NCBI GenBank assembly: GCA_963753955.1
Contig: CAVWEM010000024.1
Coordinates: forward strand, 68,810 to 92,809
From: an uncultured Gammaproteobacteria bacterium
GTDB lineage: Bacteria > Pseudomonadota > Gammaproteobacteria > Methylococcales > Methylococcaceae
DNA length: 24,000 nt
Direction: 5' to 3'
Shown here: positions 16,610 to 23,646 of the stretch, in pieces
How positions within the stretch are numbered: position 1 is the stretch's first letter
Layout of the letters: each line of letters starts with the position of its first letter
Translations under genes and position numbers: made by a program
Notes under the pieces: generated by a model
The model's database searches: none
The model's input: only the letters and a program-made list of their open reading frames with translations
Told to the model about the DNA's origin: nothing

Positions 16610-17170
16610 ATGATGGCGGGTCGCAGGGAAGTTTTTTTCGTGGATGCGGCGCACTTTGTCTGGGCGGCATTCCTTGGATATTTATGGTTTTGGAACCGGC
16701 TTTTTGTTTCTGCCCCTGCGGGACGAAAAAGATTTAATGTATTAGGCGCAATCAACGCACGGACGCATCAACTCATTACGGTGACAAATAACACCTACAT
16801 CAATGCGGAGAGCGTCTGCGAATTGCTCAGGGCGATTGCCGAGATTGGGTTTCAGGTTCCAGTCACCTTGGTGCTGGACAATGCAAGATATCAACATGCC
16901 AAGGTGGTAAAAGAGTTGGCGGATAGTCTTGGTATCGAATTGCTTTTTTTACCGGCCTACTCGCCCAATTTAAATCTGATTGAACGATTATGGAAGTTCG
17001 TCAAGAAAGAATGCCTGTATTCTAAATACTATGAGAGTTTTGGCTTCTTCACCGAAGCCATACAGGATTGCCTTTCAAAAGTGGGAACAGACGAATATGA
17101 GCCTATGCTTAAAACTCTGATTAACCTCAAATTTCAAACCTTTAATAAAGTTCAGTTTGTAAAGCACTAA
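16610..17170 (+). CDS. IS630 transposase, DDE part (orfB)
   Basis: Identical to 8159..8719 except for one residue (LINLKF vs LLNLKF). Confidence 0.9.
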   Translation: MMAGRREVFFVDAAHFVWAAFLGYLWFWNRLFVSAPAGRKRFNVLGAINARTHQLITVTNNTYINAESVCELLRAIAEIGFQVPVTLVLDNARYQHAKVVKELADSLGIELLFLPAYSPNLNLIERLWKFVKKECLYSKYYESFGFFTEAIQDCLSKVGTDEYEPMLKTLINLKFQTFNKVQFVKH

Positions 17171-17174
17171 AGTA

Positions 17175-17792
17175 TACATAAGAACGCCCTGCCGGAATCA
17201 ACGAACCATTTCCCACAAGCTGGCGGACTCGCCCTAGCAATTCGCGCTGGGCTTCATTACGAATAGGTATATCGCGTGGCCTGCCACCTTTCGTCCAAGA
17301 CGGCTTTAAATGGATATGGTTATCACGAACCGCATAAGCCGGTTGGAATTTCATGGCCTCCTCGCGGCGTAATCCGAAGTGTGCCTGCATCTCCAAACTC
17401 AAGCGTAGATGAGCGTCTTTTATTTGCGCCAGTTTCTCCGGGTCTAGGCTGATTTGTTTTCCTTCTGGTTTAACATAAACCCGGTTTTCAATGCCCAGCT
17501 TCCCATTGTCATTGGGGATAAGGGAGGGCCTGCCGATCTTTTCCGCCCACCACCGCAAATGCGACAGGCGGTTCTTCAGGGTTCCCGTGGATAATCCTTC
17601 CGCCTGCCAGCGCTTCACCAAGGCTTCGACATGCTTGGGCTTCAGGGAAATGGCCTTCATGTTTCGATAGCCCATTTCCTTCAATTGGCGGGCCATCAGA
17701 TCCAGCACTTGGTGACGCGCCGCCTGTGTTCCGATGGAATCCTCACGGTGTTGGTTGGTCAGTTTTTTCAATTCCCATTGCAGATCGTCCAT
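17175..17792 (-). pseudogene. Tyrosine recombinase/integrase, N-terminal fragment (206 codons)
   Basis: N-terminal SAM-like domain plus the first catalytic Arg context 'HFGLRREEAMKF'. The native sequence ends at ...LIPAGRSYV; the remaining 10 residues of the track ORF are IS-derived. Confidence 0.85.
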
Positions 17793-18523
17793 ACAGTCTC
17801 AAACTCATAAGGGATAATAATTCGGGATAGTCCAGTGGTTCGTTCGCGGATTTGTCGCAGGGTAAGTGTTAATGCCGACTCGATGGAATCGAGACCCCCG
17901 AAGGGAAAAGGCGTGCTGTCAATCCGAATAACAGGCCCGCAACTGCGGTTCGGCGTGTTCTGCTGTTGCAAACAATCGTCGAAGCGTCGTAGGTTTTTTT
18001 CCGCACAGCAGCCCGACGGCTTGACCGGCTGTGCGTGGTGCCTAAAACCGCGTTGCCGCAGTCCCAAGCGAGTGGGAGGGAGCCTTGGTGGCGGATTACA
18101 TACCACGACGGCAAGTTGGAAGCGCCATCCGGACACGGCAAGCCGTGCCATCAAGGCGTGGGTAGAAAGCGCTTTTGCGGGCAAACAAAGACGCGCCGCT
18201 TCAGCCCCTGGAAGGACGTTGGCAGGAACCAACTGGATGGGGTGCGTTGTGGAAAAACCGCAACGCGGGGATGCCGGAAACCTTCCCTTGGACAGGGTGG
18301 CCGCTGGCTAGGATGGAACTAGGGGGATCGTCGATCCCGAAGTGAACAGGCCGGAGCCTGGGGAACGCCTACGGGGCCAGAAGGCCCGCCGCCGGAAGTG
18401 TAGGCACACGGCGGCAAAGGGCGCGGCTGAGAACGCAGCCGCCACGGTTGAGCGGTCAAAATCGTGCCATCATCTGGCCGTCATGTCAAATTTTGCCCCA
18501 GAAGCCGCGCAGGCTGCCGCAGC

Positions 18524-18558
18524 CGCCCCCTGTCACTGCACGGCAGTGACAGGGGGCG
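18524..18558. other. Perfect 16-bp-stem inverted repeat (3-nt loop) in non-coding DNA
   Basis: CGCCCCCTGTCACTGC-ACG-GCAGTGACAGGGGGCG. There is no adjacent T-run on either strand. GGCAGTGAC recurs at 18585-18593. Confidence 0.7.
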
Positions 18559-18687
18559 CGTCAGGCTTCGGCAGGATTTTCACAGGCAGTGACGGCATTG
18601 CTGCAGGCCATTGGCTGTTCTGAAAGCGACAAACAGCCTTGGGCGGTATGAACCTTTTAATGTACACTACAGGATAAAAGGTGCGGA

Positions 18688-19035
18688 ATGGAAGAAAACG
18701 AAAAAATCCCGCTGGTGTTCTATCGCACATCGTCCGAGGCTGAACCGGGTCGGGATTGGCTCAAAGCGCTAGACCCGGAGGATCGATAGGCGGTGGGGAT
18801 GGATCTGATGCGGGCGCAATGGCGCTGGCCGATAGTCATGCCTTTGTGCCGCCCGATGGGGGACGGTTTGTGGGAAGTGCGAACCGAACTCCCGAGCCGC
18901 AAAATTGCCCGTGTGCCGTTCTGCGTCCACGAAGGCCGTTGGGTGGCATTGCACGGGTTCATCAAGAAGACGCAGAAAACGCCCGACGACGAATTGAAAA
19001 AAGCGCGCAAGCGCCAAAAGGCAATAGAGACATGA
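18688..19035 (+). pseudogene. higB: HigB/Gp49-like (RelE/ParE superfamily) toxin with an in-frame TAG
   Basis: The frame from ATG 18688 reads MEENEKIPLVFYRTSSEAEPGRDWLKALDPEDR-TAG(18787-89)-AVGMDL...GDGLWEVR...ALHGFIKKTQKTPDDEL...*. It is continuous in one frame and family-typical on both sides of the stop. Confidence 0.75.
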
Positions 19036-19325
19036 GCGACCAACATATCGGTTCAAGCCTGGACGACTTTCTGCAAGAAGAAGGTTTGTTCGAGGAAACC
19101 CAGGCGCAAGCCATTAAAGAAGTGATCGCGTGGCAATTAGGCCAGGCGATGAAGGATAAAGGCATATCAAAGGCGCGGATGGCTACGCTGCTCAAAACCA
19201 GCAGGACACAAGTAAACCGCCTGCTCGATCCTGAAAACGATATTACCTTGTCCACGCTGCAACGGGCGGCGGCCTTGGTTGGGCGGAAAGTCAGGATTGA
19301 CTTGGTGGCGGAGAATGGTGGGTAA
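19032..19325 (+). CDS. higA: HigA-like XRE-family HTH antitoxin
   Basis: 97 aa from ATG 19032 (ATGA overlap with the toxin stop). The HTH is 'ISKARMATLLKTSRTQVNRLLDPEN'. The track's upstream extension from 18756 merely overlaps the toxin frame. Confidence 0.8.
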   Translation: MSDQHIGSSLDDFLQEEGLFEETQAQAIKEVIAWQLGQAMKDKGISKARMATLLKTSRTQVNRLLDPENDITLSTLQRAAALVGRKVRIDLVAENGG

Positions 19326-19602
19326 AAATAAATCATGGCAATCAGAGGCTATGGTTATGCCACAGCCAGAGATAGCTGTCCTCTGTATGATGCAGATTCA
19401 GATGTAGGTAGGGTTAAACCATGCATAAATATTATGCATTGGACTGTAAACCCTAACCAGCATAAGACAGATTTCGACCCAGAGCGGTCAGCCGGGATGA
19501 TTAGGATTAAAAAGCGGCTATGAAGTCTATAGCGGTCATATACAAAAAGCTCATTGCTGGCTACGTCACTCCTGGCCAGAAAGCCTGCACTTTCATGGCA
19601 AC

Positions 19603-19818
19603 CTAACCAGCGCAGCAAGGTTTCTGCTGTTGAATTGGTGGACACTTGACCGAGCCGTAGGAGCAGAACACGCAGCAATCCCCCTGCTTTGGTTTGAGTA
19701 ATGTTCCGCAGCCTTTGCAATCATAGAAAAATTGGCAGGCATCGGTCGGCATGGTTTCGGTTTCAGCATGTCCGCAGTGGGGGCAGGTAATTATCGACTC
19801 CAAAATCGCCCCATTCAT
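19603..19818 (-). CDS. GDCCVxC-domain small Cys-rich protein (mer-associated)
   Basis: 71 aa with 'CPHCGH', 'CKGCG' and 'GDCCVFCSYGSVKCPP'. It overlaps the merP stop by 4 nt. Confidence 0.75.
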   Translation of the reverse strand: MNGAILESIITCPHCGHAETETMPTDACQFFYDCKGCGTLLKPKQGDCCVFCSYGSVKCPPIQQQKPCCAG

Positions 19819-20105
19819 TTTCCCTCCCCTTTGACAAGGGATGGATAACCGGCGGCTTTGGTTGCTTCGGTCAATTTTTCCGCCGTGGCTGTGGCATCGT
19901 CGAATTCCACGGTGGCTGTTTTGCTTGCGTAATCAACAGAAACCTTTTGCACCCCGGAAACGCCCTCAAGGGCTTTTTTGACGGTAAGCGGGCAAACCGT
20001 GCAAGTCATGTTTTGCACGTCAAGCGTGACTCTGCGAGACGCGGCCAGAGCGGCGCCGGAGGTAACTGCAAACGCCAGAAAGAGCGGAAGAATTCGAGTT
20101 TTCAT
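19815..20105 (-). CDS. merP: Periplasmic mercury-binding protein MerP
   Basis: 96 aa; signal peptide followed by an HMA fold with 'MTCTVCPLTVKKAL'. Confidence 0.9.
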   Translation of the reverse strand: MKTRILPLFLAFAVTSGAALAASRRVTLDVQNMTCTVCPLTVKKALEGVSGVQKVSVDYASKTATVEFDDATATAEKLTEATKAAGYPSLVKGEGK

Positions 20106-20114
20106 GTGGTTTTC

Positions 20115-20453
20115 TCAATAGAGCAGCGGAGCGACCCACGGGAACGCCACCAATCCGAACAAGGGGATTGCCACCACCCAAAAAATAACACGCTGATTGC
20201 GGATGGTTTCATCATCGGCGCACAGCCTGCCGGGTTCGCATGTCTGGGGTGTTATGTAGAGCTTGCGAAACGCCAGCCCGACAAAAAGCAGCGTGAGCAG
20301 GAGAAAGGCCGGGCGCAATGGCTCAAACGCGGTGAAATTCGCCACCCATGCGCCACCAAGGCCCAGGCTCAACAGCACCAAGGGCGCGACGCAACACAGG
20401 CTTGCGCCGATCCCGGCAAGAACTCCCGCAATCATGGCTTGTTTATGGTTCAT
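20115..20453 (-). CDS. merT: Mercuric ion transport protein MerT
   Basis: 112 aa. The first TM carries the 'CC' pair ('GASLCCVAPLVLL') and there is a second Cys pair ('CEPGRLC'). By eye it aligns with Tn501 MerT along its length. Confidence 0.9.
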   Translation of the reverse strand: MNHKQAMIAGVLAGIGASLCCVAPLVLLSLGLGGAWVANFTAFEPLRPAFLLLTLLFVGLAFRKLYITPQTCEPGRLCADDETIRNQRVIFWVVAIPLFGLVAFPWVAPLLY

Positions 20454-20481
20454 GGTAGCCCCGTGTGTTTTCGTTCAGCTT

Positions 20482-20513
20482 ACTATAAGCTCCGTACCTA
20501 GGTACGGAGGCAA
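20482..20513. promoter_or_regulatory. mer operator/promoter (MerR dyad within divergent promoter)
   Basis: Perfect 20-bp palindrome CTCCGTACCTAGGTACGGAG (20490-20509) containing the classic TCCGTAC-N4-GTACGGA. On the - strand, TTGCCT (20513-20508) and TATAGT (20487-20482) flank it with an over-long 19-20 bp spacer, as in MerR-type promoters. Confidence 0.8.
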
Positions 20514-20518
20514 GCCCC

Positions 20519-20927
20519 ATGACACAAGAAAGCTTCACAATTGGCACTTTGGCGAAAATGGCCGGGGTGAACGTCGAAACCATCCGTTTTTATCAGCGGC
20601 GTGGCCTGCTGGCCGAACCCGATAGGCCGCTTAAGGGTGTCCGGCGCTTATACCGAACGTGACTCGCAGCGTGTGCGCTTCATCAAGCAGGGGCAGAAGC
20701 TGGGTTTTTCATTGGATGAACTCATGGATTTGTTGAGCCTTGAGGATGGGCAACACTGCCAAGAGGCTCAGGACATCGCCCTTAAAAAGCTTTCCTCGAT
20801 CCGGGAACGGATCGAGGGCTTGCGCACCATGGAAAATGCCTTGTCCGCGTTGGCCGAAAGCTGTTCCCAAAACACTGGATCGGTATCTTGCCCGATCATT
20901 CTTGCCCTATTGGAAGCCTCGCCATAA
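20519..20927 (+). pseudogene. merR: MerR transcriptional regulator, frame-shifted
   Basis: The frame from ATG 20519 gives [43 protein letters not shown], then stops at 20660-62. The +1 frame continues [25 protein letters not shown]...VSCPIILALL. Deleting one T of TT 20648-49 restores ...RRYTERDSQ.... Confidence 0.8.
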
Positions 20928-21024
20928 GCCAAATTTCTGTTCCAGGGTTCAAGATATTTCTCAAACAGAAATGGAGGCATTCAAGCTGGGTAGAATTACA
21001 AAATGCCACTCCACCCAAGGGCCG

Positions 21025-22215
21025 TCACTCCTCCTTTCCCTGTTTGCACAAGGCTCCATGGAGGCAATGCGGACAATAAAATACCTCTTGGCCTGCCTGG
21101 CGGGCGTGGAAAAGCAGGCTATCGTCTTCTGAGTTTCCACACACAACACAAGCGGCAGACGTGAAGTATTTGCGCCTGAAATACAAAGCCACGTTAACCA
21201 AGCCAATCAAAACCGGCACTTCCACCAACGGCCCGATGACGGCGGCGAAGGCTTCGCCGGATTGCAGCCCAAACACCGCCACGGCGACGGCGATGGCGAG
21301 TTCAAAGTTATTGCTGGCGGCGGTGAAGGACAGCGTGGCGCTGATGCGATACCCCGCCCCGGCCTTGGCCGACATCCAGAAGGTGATTAAAAACATCACG
21401 AGGAAATAAATCACCAAAGGCACGGCGATGCGCAATACGTCCAAAGGCAGTTGGACGATGTATTCGCCCTTCAGCGAAAACATCACCAAGATCGTGAAAA
21501 GCAGCGCAATCAGGGTGATGGGGCTTATCTTGGGGATGAATTTTTCCTCATACCATTGCCGCCCCTTTTGGCGTACCAGGATAAAACTGGTCAATAGGCC
21601 GCCAAAGAAGGGAATCCCCAGATAAACCAAGACGCTTTCAGTGACTTGCAAAATGGTGATATCGACCTTCAAACCCTCGGCGATGCCCAGCCATTCCGGC
21701 AGCACCGTGACAAACACATAGGCGTAAACGGAAAAGAACAGCATTTGGAAGATGGAGTTGAACGCCACCAGCCCGGCGCAATATTCCGTGTCTCCGTCCG
21801 CCAATTCATTCCACACCAGCACCATCGCGATGCAGCGGGCGAGGCCGATGACAATCAGGCCGACCATGTATTCAGGGTAATCGCGCAGGAACAACACCGC
21901 CAGCCCGAACATCAGCAAGGGTCCAATCAGCCAGTTTTGCACCAAGGATAGCAACAGCACTTTGACATTCTTGAAAACTAAAGGCAGTTCTTCATAACGC
22001 ACTTTCGCCAACGGCGGGTACATCATCAAAATCAGGCCGATGGCGATGGGAACGGAGGTGGTGCCGACTTGGAAATGGTTCAGCCATTGGGTGAACTGGG
22101 GAACCCCATAGCCCAAAGCCACCCCACCACCCATGCTCAAGAATATCCACAAGGTTAGAAACCGCTCCACGAATCCCAGGCGTTTTGGGGCGATGGGGTA
22201 TTGGGATGTGTTCAT
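21025..22215 (-). CDS. acr3: ACR3-family arsenite efflux permease with extra Cys-rich C-terminal tail
   Basis: 396 aa. N-terminal '[24 protein letters not shown]' and multi-TM body are typical of ACR3. After '...[12 protein letters not shown]' about 45 extra residues contain CVVCG...CPHC. Confidence 0.85.
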   Translation of the reverse strand: MNTSQYPIAPKRLGFVERFLTLWIFLSMGGGVALGYGVPQFTQWLNHFQVGTTSVPIAIGLILMMYPPLAKVRYEELPLVFKNVKVLLLSLVQNWLIGPLLMFGLAVLFLRDYPEYMVGLIVIGLARCIAMVLVWNELADGDTEYCAGLVAFNSIFQMLFFSVYAYVFVTVLPEWLGIAEGLKVDITILQVTESVLVYLGIPFFGGLLTSFILVRQKGRQWYEEKFIPKISPITLIALLFTILVMFSLKGEYIVQLPLDVLRIAVPLVIYFLVMFLITFWMSAKAGAGYRISATLSFTAASNNFELAIAVAVAVFGLQSGEAFAAVIGPLVEVPVLIGLVNVALYFRRKYFTSAACVVCGNSEDDSLLFHARQAGQEVFYCPHCLHGALCKQGKEE

Positions 22216-22226
22216 GGTGTGTGCCT

Positions 22227-22718
22227 TTAATGGATTTCCGCGCCGATCTTATTCAAGGCTGCTGCCAATTCAGTTTTATCCATCGTCTCCACCGGCAGGG
22301 CCAGCAACCGATGAATACGCTTTTCGAGAATGGCATAAGTGGCTTCAAACGCAGCTTCGATCTCTTCCGGGCTGCCTTTGACATGGCCGGGGTCGGACAG
22401 GCCCCAATGGCCGCGTGTGGCCTTGCCCAAATAAACCGGACAAGCCTCGCCCGCCGCCGAGTCGCAGACCGAAATCAGGATGTCGATGTTGGCATCCTCG
22501 AACTCGTCCCACGACTGGCTTTGATACCCTTCCGTCGGAAGTCCATGCCGCGCCAAGGTCGCCAAGGCACCGGTGTTGATTCGGCCAATCGGGTGGCTGC
22601 CGGCGCTGAAGGCTTTGAAGCGGCCCTGGCTTAAATGGTTGAACAAGGCTTCGCCCAACACGCTACGGCAGGAGTTGCCGGTGCAGAGGACTAGGATATT
22701 CAAGGGTTTTTGGCTCAT
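22227..22718 (-). CDS. arsC: Arsenate reductase, LMW-PTP (thioredoxin-coupled) type
   Basis: 163 aa; P-loop '[10 protein letters not shown]' and the downstream Cys pair '[11 protein letters not shown]'. Confidence 0.9.
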   Translation of the reverse strand: MSQKPLNILVLCTGNSCRSVLGEALFNHLSQGRFKAFSAGSHPIGRINTGALATLARHGLPTEGYQSQSWDEFEDANIDILISVCDSAAGEACPVYLGKATRGHWGLSDPGHVKGSPEEIEAAFEATYAILEKRIHRLLALPVETMDKTELAAALNKIGAEIH

Positions 22719-22822
22719 GGATGGGTTCCTTGTGGGGATGGTGACTGATTGAAGTTAAGTTCAGGTGGATGTCGCATCTAGCAATTGAAAAATCGCAGAC
22801 CCAGCCCAACGGGCAAAACGCT

Positions 22823-23608
22823 TCACCCGTGGTGCCAGATCTTCACGGCTGAAATGACCAGTATCCCTGCCAGCAGTGGCAACAGCACGGCACTGGGCAC
22901 GATTCCGAGCAACTGTCCGCCCAGAAAGGCCCCGGTCAGCGAACCGATAGCCATGACCAGCACAAAAGGGCGGTTTTTTCCCAATACGGTGAAGCTCTTG
23001 TCACGGCTGTAACGCGTGAAGCCCGTCACCATGGTGGGCAAGCTGACCGCCAGGGACAAGCTGCCTGCCAACTTGATGTCAGCGCCGAACAGCAAAACCA
23101 AGGTAGGGATCAGCAGTTCACCGCCAGCCACGCCGAGCAACGAGGCGACGACACCAATGCCAAAGCCTGCGGCAACGCCGGACGCCACCTGAAACGCCCC
23201 GGAAAACAGAGGTTGCCCGTGTCCCGACGGGTCATGGCCCAACAGGAGGGCCAGGGCGATCACCAGCAGGAGGATGGCCATGATCCGGTATAGCGTCCCG
23301 GACTTGAGCCGGATCGCCCAGCCCGCCTCTAGCCATGCCCCAAGGAGGCTTCCCGCCAAGAGATTCGCAACCGCCTCCCAATGCAGGACGATGCTGCTGA
23401 AATGCACGGCGCTGACACGGAAAGGCAAAGCGGACGCCACGACCACGAGGCTCATGGCCTTGTTGAGAATGACCGCCTCCAAAGCCGCGAAGCGGAAGAT
23501 GCCAATCAGGAGCGGCAGGCGAAACTCCGCGCCGCCCAGGCCGATCAGTCCGCCCAACGTCCCGATCACCGCACCGCTGCCGAATACGGCCAGCCTATTC
23601 GTTCTCAT
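22823..23608 (-). CDS. TauE/SafE (DUF81) family anion-export-type membrane protein
   Basis: I prefer ATG 23608 (AAGGA upstream) over the track start at 23725. It has a Gly-rich polytopic pattern with two repeats, 'GGLIGLGGAEFRLPLL' and 'LLGVAGGELLIPTLV'. Confidence 0.75.
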   Translation of the reverse strand: MRTNRLAVFGSGAVIGTLGGLIGLGGAEFRLPLLIGIFRFAALEAVILNKAMSLVVVASALPFRVSAVHFSSIVLHWEAVANLLAGSLLGAWLEAGWAIRLKSGTLYRIMAILLLVIALALLLGHDPSGHGQPLFSGAFQVASGVAAGFGIGVVASLLGVAGGELLIPTLVLLFGADIKLAGSLSLAVSLPTMVTGFTRYSRDKSFTVLGKNRPFVLVMAIGSLTGAFLGGQLLGIVPSAVLLPLLAGILVISAVKIWHHG

Positions 23609-23646
23609 GTCCTTATTCTCACTCGCACCTGACGATCCGCGTTGAT

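Larger units (their letters stand above)
16011..17174 (+). mobile_element. IS630-family insertion sequence, copy 2 (1164 bp)
   Basis: Inverted copy of 8155..9318, flanked by TA (16009-10 and 17175-76). It is inserted inside the integrase codon GTA. Confidence 0.9.

Noticed and set aside
8155-17174. Composite transposon formed by the two IS630 copies
   Set aside because: Each IS separates the two halves of its own target gene. The outer flanks belong to different genes, so the pair did not arrive as a unit. Future co-mobilisation is not excluded.
17768-18311. 154-aa (-) and 158-aa (+) ORFs filling the integrase-higB gap
   Set aside because: They are mutually overlapping on opposite strands. 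Composition is Arg/Cys/Pro/Gly-rich and low-complexity, there is no RBS and no motif. I treated the region as non-coding and discuss it as a finding.
18756-19031. Long N-terminal extension of the antitoxin ORF (track start 18756)
   Set aside because: The extension overlaps the toxin coding frame and is Gly/Arg/Pro-rich. The family-typical antitoxin begins at ATG 19032, which overlaps the toxin stop.
19947-20501. 184-aa + strand ORF antisense to merP and merT
   Set aside because: It is the opposite strand of two unmistakable mer genes and has a basic, low-complexity translation.
20933-20972. 9-bp stem (ATTTCTGTT/AACAGAAAT) between convergent merR and acr3 as a terminator
   Set aside because: The loop is 22 nt and there is no T-run, so it is too weak to call. 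It also overlaps the questionable acr3 tail region.
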